DNA from: Prasinococcaceae sp. CCMP 1430
Lineage: Eukaryota; Plantae; Prasinodermophyta
Direction: 5' to 3'
Length of the DNA stretch: 64,000 nucleotides
Assembly (NCBI GenBank): GCA_013416795.1
Contig: RQSC01000015.1
Coordinates: 43,696 to 107,695, forward strand
How positions within the stretch are numbered: position 1 is the stretch's first letter; the number at the start of each line of letters is the position of its first letter. Position numbers and translations under genes: made by a program. This document shows positions 14,195 to 24,733 of this stretch, piece after piece. The notes under the pieces were generated by a model that saw only the letters and a program-made list of their open reading frames with translations, did no database searches and had not been told where the DNA came from.

Positions 14195-14646
14195 AGGGCT
14201 GCGCTCGCCCAGAGCGGTGTTCACCCCACGCGCGCGCCCCTGCCGCCGCAGCCACCGCCTCGCCCCCGCGCGACGGCGCCCAACAGGGGAGCGAGGCAGG
14301 GCGCACTCGCGCGCAGGCGCAGGCTGGCGGGTGCTCTCGCGGCCAGGCTCCAGCCAGGCTCGCGTGACTCCTCCTCCCCCACGCGCATTAGGGTTGGGTT
14401 TTAAGGTTAAATATTAGGGTCTGTACGTCATCACACAGCTCAACCTGCAATGTGATAGCGGCGCATTTTTTTGCGCGCGCGCGGGTGCGGGCGCGCGCAC
14501 GGCAGACAGCTGAGGCGCCACACAGCAGCGCGAGAGAGGCAGCCGAGGGTGCCCACGAGCCCCGCGTGCGTGTCGAGGCGGAAGCCTCTCTGAACGAGCC
14601 TGCGCGCGTACGCCGTGCGCTCGACGGGGCGAGCGCGCTCGCGGGG

Positions 14647-15894
14647 ATGGACGCCGGCGGCAGCGGCGGCGGCGGGAGCGGCGGCGCGGGCGAGGCGTGG
14701 GTCGCGTCGGCATGGAGCGCGCGCCACGCGGTGTTGCTTGCAATCCAGGCGCTCGGCGTCAACGAGGCTGCCGTGCGCGAGGCGCGTGCAGCCAGTGCCG
14801 CGATAAGGGTGGAGATCAGATGGGTCGGCATTGGATGCATCGGAGCGATCGGCTGCGATGCCTGTGCGGCTGTCGACGCCACTGACAGTGCCACGGTTGG
14901 CAGCAACCGTGGTACCGGAGGCCTCCGCTCTGCGTCGGCGGAGCGCTCGCGCCAGGCGCTGCTGCTGGTGACGCAGGCGTTTGGCGTCAGCGCCCTCGCC
15001 GTGCAGGTGGCGCGCGCGGAGCACGACGCTTTGAAGGAGGCGCTCGACCTGTCCCTTACTAACGGGAAGCCTATGGGTGGCGTAGCCATTGTGCCAGATC
15101 CGTGGGATGCGAACGTACTGCTGCTCCGGCGTGCCGCGCGGTGCGGTGCGGAGTACACGCTCCGCCACGCGTTGTCGCGAGGCGCGAATGTGGACGCGGA
15201 CGCACTTGTGTACGCAATTCTTGGCGGCAATATTAACTGCCTGCGGGTGCTGCTCGAGGCCGGCGCCGACAAGGACAAGGTCCCAAATACGCACCCCAGA
15301 CCTCTGTACTACGACGCAGCGCCGGGCCGGATCGACTGCCTGCGGTTGTTGCTGAAGGCTGGCGCCGACAAGAACAACCGCCACGCGTTGTCGCGAGGCG
15401 CGAATAGAGACGCGGGGACACTTATGTACGCAATTTCTGGCGTCAAAATTAAGTGCCTGCGGCTTGTGTTCGAGGCCGGGGCCGACATAGACAAGGCCGA
15501 TTTCAATGGCAAAACACCGTTGCAGGAGTCGGCTAAGTGTGGGTACCTTGATTGTCTGCGGGTGCTGCTCGAGGCGGGTGCCGAGAAGGACAAGGCAGAT
15601 TGGGATGGCAGAGTTGCCTTGCACGGGGCCGCCTCGCGGGGCCATGTCGACTGCCTGCGGCTGCTGCTCAAGGCGGGCGCCGACATAGAAAAGGCCGATT
15701 TCAATGGCATGACACCGTTGCATTTCGCGGCGATCCGCGGCCGTCCAGAGTGCCTCCGGTCGCTGCTCGAGGCGGGGGCCGACGCATCCGCTCGCAACAA
15801 ATATGGCCAAACACCGCTCGACGTTGCCGAACTGAGCAACCACAAGGGGACCGCGGCGCTGCTGCGCCAGCACGCCGCCACGGAGGCGCCGTAG
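14647..15894 (+). CDS. Ankyrin-repeat cluster gene A5 (contains a re-inserted N-cap segment)
   Basis: MDAGG start, two modules and ankyrin repeats. RHALSRGAN occurs at 15163 and again at 15379. Confidence 0.9.
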   Translation: MDAGGSGGGGSGGAGEAWVASAWSARHAVLLAIQALGVNEAAVREARAASAAIRVEIRWVGIGCIGAIGCDACAAVDATDSATVGSNRGTGGLRSASAERSRQALLLVTQAFGVSALAVQVARAEHDALKEALDLSLTNGKPMGGVAIVPDPWDANVLLLRRAARCGAEYTLRHALSRGANVDADALVYAILGGNINCLRVLLEAGADKDKVPNTHPRPLYYDAAPGRIDCLRLLLKAGADKNNRHALSRGANRDAGTLMYAISGVKIKCLRLVFEAGADIDKADFNGKTPLQESAKCGYLDCLRVLLEAGAEKDKADWDGRVALHGAASRGHVDCLRLLLKAGADIEKADFNGMTPLHFAAIRGRPECLRSLLEAGADASARNKYGQTPLDVAELSNHKGTAALLRQHAATEAP

Positions 15895-16329
15895 AGGGCC
15901 GAGCTCGCCCACGACCGGACCTGCACACCAAGCGAGCGCCTGTAGCGCTGCAAGCGCGCCTGCGTGCGGCACAGTCGCGCGCCATGCAGGGCGCCTCTCG
16001 CGTGCTACGGATGAGCAGCACTCATTCGTATTTACACTTGTTCGTTTTGATTAGGCTTTTTTCGTGCGCCCACTCACTTTCTTTTTCTTTGACAAATGTG
16101 CGTGCGTTTTGACGTACGTTTTTTTTCGCGCGATGCGATGCGATCGATGCGACGGCGGCGCTGTTTTTTTTTGCGCGCGTGCGCGTGCGCGGGCGGAGGC
16201 GCCACACAGCAGCGCGCGAGAGGCAGCCGGCGGTGCACACGAGCCCCGCGTGCGCCTCGAGGCGGAAGCCTCCCTGAACGAGCTCACGCGCGTGCACTCG
16301 ACGGGGCGAGCGCACTCGTTCGACCGGCG

Positions 16330-17460
16330 ATGGACGCCGGCGTCAGCGGCGTCGGCGGAAGCGGCAGCGCGGGCGAGGCGTGGGTGGCGTCGGCACGGAG
16401 CGCGCGCCACGCGGTGTTGCTGGCAATCCAGGCGCTCGGCGTCAACGAGGCGGCCGTGCGCGAGGCGCGTGCGGAGAGTGACGCGATAAGGACGGAGATC
16501 GAATGGGCCGAAAATGGATGCAATGCACACGAAGCAATCGGCTGCAATGCCTGCGCGGCTGTCGACGCCATTGACAATGCCGCGGGTGGCAGCGGCAGCG
16601 GTGCCGGAGGCCTCCGCTCTGCGTCGGCGGAGCGCTTGCGCCGGGCGCTGCTGCTGGTGACGCAGGCTTTTGGCGTCAGCGCCGTCGCCGCGCGGGAGGC
16701 GCGCGCGGAGCTCGCTGCCTTGAAGTTGGAGCTCGACCTCTCCCTAACTGACGGGAAGCCTCTGGGTGGCGGAGCGATTGTGCCAGAACGTTTGGACGTG
16801 AACGTACTGCTCCGGCGTGCCGCGTTCGCCGGTGCGGAGTATGCGCTCCGCCACGCGTTGTCGCGAGGCGCGAATGCGGACACGAACGCACTTGGATGCG
16901 CAATTAATGGCGGCAAAATGAACTGCCTGCGGCTGTTGCTCGAGGCTGGCGCCGACATACACAAGGCCATTTGCAACGGCATGACACCGTTGCATTTGTC
17001 GGCTCAGCGCGGGCACCTTGATTGCCTGCAGTTGCTGCTCGAGGCGGGTGCCGAGACTGACAAGGCAGATCTGGATGGCAGAGTTGCGTTGCACTACGCC
17101 GCTTCGTGGGGCCGTCTCGGCTGCTTGCGGCTGCTGCTGGAGGCTGGCGCCGACAAGAAGAAAGGAGACACGATTGGCGACACACCGCTGCATCTAGCGG
17201 CTGCGATTGGACGCCTTGATTGCCTGCAGCTGATGCTCGAGGCTGGCGCCGACAAGGACAAGGTCGACACGATTGGCGACACACCCCTGCATCAAGCGGC
17301 TCGGGTTGGACACCTTGGTTGCCTGCGGCCGCTGCTCCAGGCGGGTGCCGACGCATCCGCTTGCAACGACGTTGGCCAAACACCGCTCGACATTGCCGAA
17401 GCACACAACAACATGGAGGCCGCGGCGCTGCTTGTCTATGTGACACTTTGTTGCGATTAG
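16330..17460 (+). CDS. Ankyrin-repeat cluster gene A6 (C-terminal end replaced by unrelated sequence)
   Basis: Family ORF. The conserved EAAALLRQH end becomes EAAALLVYVTLCCD after a junction at about 17432. Confidence 0.85.
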   Translation: MDAGVSGVGGSGSAGEAWVASARSARHAVLLAIQALGVNEAAVREARAESDAIRTEIEWAENGCNAHEAIGCNACAAVDAIDNAAGGSGSGAGGLRSASAERLRRALLLVTQAFGVSAVAAREARAELAALKLELDLSLTDGKPLGGGAIVPERLDVNVLLRRAAFAGAEYALRHALSRGANADTNALGCAINGGKMNCLRLLLEAGADIHKAICNGMTPLHLSAQRGHLDCLQLLLEAGAETDKADLDGRVALHYAASWGRLGCLRLLLEAGADKKKGDTIGDTPLHLAAAIGRLDCLQLMLEAGADKDKVDTIGDTPLHQAARVGHLGCLRPLLQAGADASACNDVGQTPLDIAEAHNNMEAAALLVYVTLCCD

Positions 17461-17777
17461 ACACAACCTCCGATTTGTCGAGCCCGAATAAACATACAGT
17501 ACTTTGCAATGTATGTGCATGCAGTCATGCACGGCACGTCTGCATTTCTTTTGATGCGGCTACTTTTGACGCGCGCAACCTCGCAGCACGTGCGGGCACG
17601 TGCCGGCACGGCGGTGCCACACGGTGCCCACACCACCTCCGCGCGGCGGCGCGCACCGGCAGCAGGCGCTGCGCCGACGCCCGCTCGTGCTGAGGCGATC
17701 GCCCGTGTCGACGTTTGCACGCGCTTGCGCTCGAGGGTCAGCCGAGACCCAGCTCGCTCGCGCGGCTGGCTGTTGGG

Positions 17778-18977
17778 ATGGACGCCGGCGGCTCGGGCGC
17801 CTCGCGCGGCGCGTCGGCGAGGAGCACGTGCCACGCGGTGCTGCTCGCCGCGCGGGTGCTGGGCGCGAACGACGCGGCCGTGCGCGACGCGCGCAGGGAG
17901 TGCGAGGCCGCCGTGGAAGAGCTCAGCTGGACCCTCGACGCGCTCGCCGAGCAGCGCCTGACGGGCAAGCTGCTCCTGAATGCCATGCGGACGGCGGAAG
18001 TGCTGACGCGCGTGTGGGCGGCAGCGGCGGCGGCGAAACAGGCCCACGCGCGACACGTCTCCACTCCTCCGACCGAAGCCCATGGCGCGCCCGCCTTGTG
18101 GGACGCGTGCGCGGGCGGGCACCTGCGGGCGGGCGCGCACGCGCGATGGCAGACGCCCGACGGCGCCGCGCGCGCCAGCCCTGCCGCGGTCGAGTCGGCG
18201 GAGGAGAGCAAGCGCCAGGCACTGCTGCTTACGACGGCGTTCCTGGGCGTCAGCGACGCGGCAGTGCGCGAGGCACGCGCGGAGCGTGACGCGGTGCTCG
18301 AGGAGCTCCGCTGGGCTCTCGACAGGATATACGGGCCGAGCGGCGCGAGCGATGGCGCGAACGACCTGCTCGCTCGTGCCATGCTGGATGGCAAGGAGCA
18401 CGCGCTTCGCCACGCGCTATCACGCAATGCGAGCGTGGCGAGGACAATTGGGGCGGGCCTGTCTCCTCTCCAGCTGGCGGTCGGTCACGGGCACGCCAGC
18501 TGCCTTCGGCTGCTGCTCGAGGCAGGCGCCTACAGCGACGCTCCGAACAAGTACGGCTGGTCCCCCGTCCACGTGACCGCCATCCACGGCCACGCGGACT
18601 GTCTCCGGCAGCTGCTCGAGGCGGGCACCGACGCGGACAGCGAAAGCGCCGGCGGCTTCTCTCCTCTGTACCTCGCGGCCCTCCACGGGAACGCCGACTG
18701 CGTCCGGGCGCTGCTGAGCGCGGGCGCCGACAAAGACATGGCCCCCGCGAGCGGCTTGGCCCCCACGCACGTCGCGGCTCGGCAGGGCAACATCGACTGC
18801 CTGCGCCTGCTGCTGGAGGCGGGCGCCGATGCGCGCGCGCGCGACGCCTGCGGCCACACGGCGCTCGACGTCGCGGAGCGCAACAACCGCAGGGAGGCCG
18901 CCGCGCTGCTGCGCCGGCACGCCGCCCTCCGTGACCGCCGGGCGCCGCAGGAAAGCAAGCGCGCCAGGTGCTCGTGA
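17778..18977 (+). CDS. Ankyrin-repeat cluster gene A7 (most divergent two-module paralog)
   Basis: MDAGG start; CHAVLLAARVLGANDAAVRDAR and RQALLLTTAFLGVSDAAVREAR modules; repeats GLSPLQLA, GWSPVHVTA, GFSPLYLAA, GLAPTHVAA, GHTALDVAE. Confidence 0.88.
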   Translation: MDAGGSGASRGASARSTCHAVLLAARVLGANDAAVRDARRECEAAVEELSWTLDALAEQRLTGKLLLNAMRTAEVLTRVWAAAAAAKQAHARHVSTPPTEAHGAPALWDACAGGHLRAGAHARWQTPDGAARASPAAVESAEESKRQALLLTTAFLGVSDAAVREARAERDAVLEELRWALDRIYGPSGASDGANDLLARAMLDGKEHALRHALSRNASVARTIGAGLSPLQLAVGHGHASCLRLLLEAGAYSDAPNKYGWSPVHVTAIHGHADCLRQLLEAGTDADSESAGGFSPLYLAALHGNADCVRALLSAGADKDMAPASGLAPTHVAARQGNIDCLRLLLEAGADARARDACGHTALDVAERNNRREAAALLRRHAALRDRRAPQESKRARCS

Positions 18978-19111
18978 GCGGTGTCCGCGTCCGCCCCGCG
19001 CGCGCGCCCCTGCCGCCGCAGCCACCCCCTCGCCCCCGCGCGACGGCGCCCACCAAGGGAGCGAGGCAGGGCGCACTCGCGCGCAGGCGCAGGCTGGCGG
19101 GTGCTCTCGCG

Positions 19112-20129
19112 TGGCGGCGGCGGGAGCGGCGGCGCGGGCGAGGCGTGGGTCGCGTCGGCATGGAGCGCGCGCCACGCGGTGTTGCTGGCAATCCAGGCGC
19201 TCGGCGTCAACGAGGCGGCCGTGCGCGAGGCGCGTGCAGCCAGTGACGCGATAAGGGCGGAGATCGAATGGGCCAAAAAAGGAGGGAACAACGACGTGAT
19301 TCGGCGGACAAGCGCCTGCGATGCCGGCGCTGTCCGCGACACCGACGGTGCCGCGGGTGGCAGCGGCAGCGGTGCTGGAGGCCTCCACTCTGCGTCGGCG
19401 GAGCGCTCGCGCCAGGCGCTGCTGCTAGTGACGCAGATGTTCGGCGTCAGCGCTGTCGCCGTGCAGGAGGCGTGCGCTGAGCGCGACGCTTTGAACGAGG
19501 AGCTCCACAAGCTCCTTACTAACGGGAAGCAACTGGGTGGCCCAGCGATTGTGCCAGAACCTTTGGACGTGAACCTACTGCTCAGGCATGCCGCGCGATA
19601 CGGTGCGGAGTATGCGCTCCGCCACGCGTTGTTGCGAGGCGCGAATGTGGACGCACTTGCGTATGCAATTCTTGGCGGCAAAATGAACTGCTTGCGGCTG
19701 TTGCTCGAGGCCGGGGCCGCCATAGACAAGGCCGCTTACTATGGCATGACACCGTTGCATGTGGCGGCTAAGCGCGGGGAGCTTGGTTGCCTGCGGGTGC
19801 TACTCGAGGCGGGTGCCGAGACGGACAAGGCACAATGGATTGGCAGAGTTGCGTTGCACTACGCCGCGTGGTGGGGCCGTCTCGACTGCCTGCGGCTGCT
19901 GCTCGAGGCTGGCGCCGACAAGGACAAGGTCGACACGATTGACGACACACCCCTGCATAAAGCGGCTCGGGAGGGACACCTTGATTGTCTGCGGCTGCTG
20001 CTCGAGGCGGGCGCCGACGCATCCGCTCGCAACAAGGAAGGCGAAACGCCGCTCGAACTTGCCGAACTGAGAAACCACAAGGAGGCCGCGGCGCTGCTGC
20101 GCCAGCACGCCGCCTCCCGTGCGCCGTAA
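19112..20129 (+). pseudogene. Ankyrin unit A8: otherwise intact A5-like coding region that has lost its promoter and ATG
   Basis: 18976-19111 is a copy of the A4 3' flank (14212-14341) fused directly to the GGGGSGGAGEAWVASAWSAR coding sequence shared with A5. There is no in-frame ATG before the first module. Confidence 0.7.
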
Positions 20130-20557
20130 GGGCCGAGCTCGCCCACGACCGGACCCGCATGCCACGCGAGCGCCTGCAGCTCTGCACATGCGTGCGCGTG
20201 CAGCACAGCCATGCGCCACGCAGGGCGCGCCTCTCGCGTGCTACGGCTTACCAGCACTTACTCGTATTTACACTCGTTCGTTTTGATAAGGGCTTTTGTC
20301 GTCCGCCCACTCACTTTCTTTTTCTTTGACAAATGTGCGTGCGTTTTGACGTGCGTTTTTTTTCCCGCGCACTGCGATGCGATCGATGCGACGGCGGCGC
20401 TGTTTTTTGCGCGTTGGCGTGCGCGGGCGGAGGCGCCACACAGCAGCGCGCGAGAGGCAGCCGAGGGTGCCCACGAGCCCCGCGTGCGTCGCGAGATGGC
20501 CGCGTTTCTGAACGCTCTCACACGCGTGCACTCGACGGGGCGAGCGCGCTCCCGGAA

Positions 20558-21109
20558 ATGGACGCCGGCGGCAGCGGCGGCGGCGCGAGCGGCGGCGCGA
20601 GCGGGGCGTGGGTGGCGTCGGCACGGAGCGCGCGCCACGCGGTGTTGCTGGCAATCCGGGCGCTCGGCGTCAACGAGGCGGCCGTGCGCGAGGCGCGTGC
20701 GGAGAGTGACGCGATAAGGGCGGAGATCGAATGGGCCAAAAATGGATGCAGGTGCGCAGTCGGCTGCAATGCCGGCGCGGCTGTCGATGCCAGTTTCAGT
20801 GCCGCGGGTGGCAGCAACTGTGGTGCTAGAGGCCTCGACGCTGCGTCGGCGGAGCGCTCGCGCCGGGCGTTGCTGCTGGTGACGCAAATGTTCGGCGTCA
20901 GCGCCGTCGCCGTGCACGAGGCGTGCGCGGAGCGCGACGCTTTGAAGGATGAGCTCGACCTGTCCCTTACTAGCGTGAAAGCTCTGGGTGATGAAGCGAT
21001 TGTGCCAGAACCTTTGGACGTGAACGTACTGCTCTGGCGTGCCTCGCGTTTCGGTGCGGAGTATGCGCTCCGGCACGCGCTGTTGCGAGACGCGTCTGTG
21101 GACGCACTT
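20558..21109 (+). CDS. Ankyrin unit A9, truncated at the N at 21110 (assembly gap); near-identical to part of A10
   Basis: About 20615-21109 matches about 22826-23320 almost base for base, then N followed by (TG)n. Confidence 0.65.
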
Positions 21110-21110
21110 N

Positions 21111-21194
<84 letters not shown>

Positions 21195-21433
21195 CTGTGT
21201 GTATGCGTGTGTGTGTGTGCGTAGAAGCGCCTCTGCGCCTCTCTGTACGTGGCTGCTCATGCATGCGCGCGCAAGTCTGACGCATGCACGCACGCACGCA
21301 CACGCATACGCTCGCGCACGCCTACACGCGCGTACACCTACGCACACACACGCACACACGCACACACGCACACGCGCGTGCACACGCACGCACACACGCG
21401 CACACACACGTGCACGCGCACGCGCGCATGCAG

Positions 21434-21629
21434 CGCGCTGTCGTCGTGCCGCGCGGTGACCTCCGCGTGCTCCGCCGTCGCCTCGGCCGCCGCTGCCGCC
21501 TCGGCGTCGATCGCGTCGCTCGACGCCCGTCTCGAAGGTGCGTGCGTGTGCGTGTGCGCGTACACACCTGCGAGCACGCATGAACACACGCATACTCACA
21601 CACACACACACGCACACACACACACACAC

Positions 21630-21690
<61 letters not shown>

Positions 21691-21885
21691 GCGGCGTTGA
21701 GGCGCCGCGCGGACGCCGCCGTGGCGGAGCGGCACGCCGCCAACAAGGCGGCGGCGAGGGGCGTCAGGGACGGCAACAGGAGGGCGGCGAGGGAGGGCAG
21801 GCGGGCGAAGGTGCGCGGATGTGTGTGCGCGGGGGGCGGGGCGTCGTCGTTGTTGCGCGTGTGCACGCTCTCGCGCGCACTCACA

Positions 21886-21919
<34 letters not shown>

Positions 21920-21920
21920 A

Positions 21921-21967
<47 letters not shown>

Positions 21968-22076
21968 AATGCGCACGCAAGCTCGTAGTCTTCGCACGCG
22001 CAGGCAAATGCATACTCACACACACACACACACGCTCACGCACACACGCACACACGCACACACACACACACACGCA

Positions 22077-22119
<43 letters not shown>

Positions 22120-22275
22120 CGTGCGCGCGCGCAGCCGTTGCACCTGCCCTCCGAGGCCGAGCTCGCGCTCGCGGCCGGCGCGGCGCGCATGCTCTCCCCG
22201 GACGCGGGCGCGGAGGCGGAGGCGGAGGCGGAGGCGGAGGCGGAGGCGCTCGAGGACTTCCTCGCCGACGCCTGA
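21434..22275 (+). CDS. 3' exons of an unidentified intron-containing gene, lying between ankyrin units A9 and A10
   Basis: Exons 21434-21537, 21692-21810, 22135-22275 splice in frame through GT-AG microsatellite introns: ..SASIASLDARLEAALRRRADAAVAERHAANK..PLHLPSEAELALAAG..EAEAEALEDFLADA*. Confidence 0.65.
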
Positions 22276-22369
22276 GGCGCGCCGATGCGCGAGCAGTCGA
22301 TGTTGTGCACTATGTTTGTATCTACGGGAGGCGCACACTTGTGTGTGTGTGTGTCGATATGTGTGTGAA

Positions 22370-22430
<61 letters not shown>

Positions 22431-22727
22431 GTGCGTGTGTGCGTGTGTGCGTGCGTGTGTGTGTACTAGGATTCGGCGCATTTGTATTTGTTTTGATGTG
22501 GCCCTTTTTGGCGCGTGCAACCTGGCTGGCAGCGTGCGACAGCGGCGCATTTTTTTGCGCGCGCGCAGGCGGGCGGGCGCGCGGCACACAGCGCAGGCGC
22601 CACACAGCAGCGCGCGAGAGGCGGCCGAGGGTGCCCACGAGCCCCGCGCGCGTCGCGAGGTGGCCGCGTTTCTGAACGGGCTCACGCGCGTGCACTCGAC
22701 GGGGCCAGCGCACTCGTTCGACCGGGG

Positions 22728-24299
22728 ATGGACGCCCCGCCGTCGCCGCCGCCGCCCTCGCCGCAAGCCGACCGACAACCCTACCTGCGGCCGCTCCCCT
22801 CGCCGCCGCGCCCGCTCCGCAGGGTGGCGTCGGCACGGAGCGCGCGCCACGCGGTGTTGCTGGCAATCCAGGCGCTCGGCGTCAACGAGGCGGCCGTGCG
22901 CGAGGCGCGTGCGGAGAGTGACGCGATAAGGGCGGAGATCGAATGGGCCAAAAATGGATGCAGGTGCGCAGTCGGCTGCAATGCCGGCGCGGCTGTCGAT
23001 GCCAGTTTCAGTGCCGCGGGTGGCAGCAACTGTGGTGCTAGAGGCCTCGACGCTGCGTCGGCGGAGCGCTCGCGCCGGGCGTTGCTGCTGGTGACGCAAA
23101 TGTTCGGCGTCAGCGCCGTCGCCGTGCACGAGGCGTGCGCGGAGCGCGACGCTTTGAAGGATGAGCTCGACCTGTCCCTTACTAGCGTGAAAGCTCTGGG
23201 TGATGAAGCGATTGTGCCAGAACCTTTGGACGTGAACGTACTGCTCTGGCGTGCCTCGCGTTTCGGTGCGGAGTATGCGCTCCGGCACGCGCTGTTGCGA
23301 GACGCGTCTGTGGACGCACTTGAGTGCGCAATTTTACTCGCAATAGATGGCGGCAAAATTAATTGTCTGCGGGTGCTGCTCGAGGCCGGCACCGACAAGG
23401 ACAAGGCCGACGAGATGGGCCGCGCACCCCTGCATCTAGCTGCTGAGAGAAATACGCCAGACTGCGTGTGGCTGCTGCTCGAGGCGGGTGCCGAGACGGA
23501 CAAGGCAGATCTGGATGGCAGAATTGCGTTGCACTACGCCGCTTGGTGGGGCCGTATCGGCTGCCTGCGGCTGCTGCTGGAGACTGGCGCCGACAAGAAC
23601 AAAGGCGACACGATGGGCCGCACACCGCTGCACAACGCGGCTGAGGTTGGAAACCTTGATTGCCTGCAGCTGCTGCTCGAGGCTGGCGCCGACAAGGACA
23701 AGGTCAACACGGTTGGCGGCACACCCCTGCATCGAGCGGCTGAGTTTGGAAGCCCTGATTGCCTGCGGGTGCTGCTCGAGGCCGGCGCCGAAAAAGACAA
23801 GGCCGACAATGAGGGCCGCACACCTCTGCATCTAGCTCCTCAGGGACATACGCCAGACTGCCTTCGGCTGTTGCTCGAGGCGGGTGCCGAGACGGACAAG
23901 GCAGATCTGGATGGCAGAGTTGGGTTGCACTACGCCGCGTGGTGGGGCTGTCTCGGCTGCCTGCGGCTGCTGTTGGAGGCTGGCGCCGACAAGAACAAAG
24001 GCGACACGGTGGGCCTCACACCGCTGCATGTCGCGGCTGATTGTGGACACCTTGGTTGCCTGCGGCTGCTGTTGGAGGCTGGCGCCGACAAGAACAAAGG
24101 CGACACGATTGGCGACACACCCCTGCATAGAGTGGCTGGGGCTGGACGCCTTGATTCCCTGCAGCTGCTGCTCGAGGCGGGCGCCGACGCATCCGCTCGC
24201 AACAAATATGGCCAAACACCGCTCGACGTCGCCGAAGCACACAGCAAAAAGGAGGCCGCGGCGCTGCTGCGCCAGCACGCCATCCCCCAGGCGCTGTAG
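22728..24299 (+). CDS. Ankyrin-repeat cluster gene A10 (8 internal repeats; Pro-rich N-terminus)
   Basis: Intact ORF MDAPPSPPPPSPQ.. with two modules, N-cap, a 4-repeat block present twice, and C-cap GQTPLDVAE..EAAALLRQH. Confidence 0.9.
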   Translation: MDAPPSPPPPSPQADRQPYLRPLPSPPRPLRRVASARSARHAVLLAIQALGVNEAAVREARAESDAIRAEIEWAKNGCRCAVGCNAGAAVDASFSAAGGSNCGARGLDAASAERSRRALLLVTQMFGVSAVAVHEACAERDALKDELDLSLTSVKALGDEAIVPEPLDVNVLLWRASRFGAEYALRHALLRDASVDALECAILLAIDGGKINCLRVLLEAGTDKDKADEMGRAPLHLAAERNTPDCVWLLLEAGAETDKADLDGRIALHYAAWWGRIGCLRLLLETGADKNKGDTMGRTPLHNAAEVGNLDCLQLLLEAGADKDKVNTVGGTPLHRAAEFGSPDCLRVLLEAGAEKDKADNEGRTPLHLAPQGHTPDCLRLLLEAGAETDKADLDGRVGLHYAAWWGCLGCLRLLLEAGADKNKGDTVGLTPLHVAADCGHLGCLRLLLEAGADKNKGDTIGDTPLHRVAGAGRLDSLQLLLEAGADASARNKYGQTPLDVAEAHSKKEAAALLRQHAIPQAL

Positions 24300-24733
24300 A
24301 GGGCCGAGCTCGCCCACGACCGGACCCGCACGCCAAGCGAGCGCCTGTAGCGCTGCACATGCGTGCGCGTCCAGCACAGTCACGCGCCATGCAGGGCGCC
24401 TCTCGCGTGCTACGGATGTGCAGCACTTATTCAAATTTTCTTTCATTCGTTTTGATGGGGCTTTTTTCGTGCCCTCACTCACTCACTTTCTTTCACAAAT
24501 GTGCGTGCGTTTTGACGTGCGTTTGTTTTTCCGCGCAATGCGATGCGATCGATGCGACGGCGGCGTTTTTTTTTTTGCGCGCGTGCGCGTGCGCGGGCGG
24601 AGGCGCCACACAGCAGCGCGCGAGAGGCAGCCGGCGGTGCACACGAGCCCCGCGTGCGCCTCGAGGCGGAAGCCTCCCTGAACGAGCTCACGCGCGTGCA
24701 CTCGACGGGGCGAGCGCACTCGTTCGACCGGGG

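Noticed and set aside
22200-22275. Resemblance of the orphan gene C-terminus (EALEDFLAD) to the dysbindin ALDxFL motif
   Set aside because: The match is too short and low-complexity, and the upstream exons do not support the assignment.
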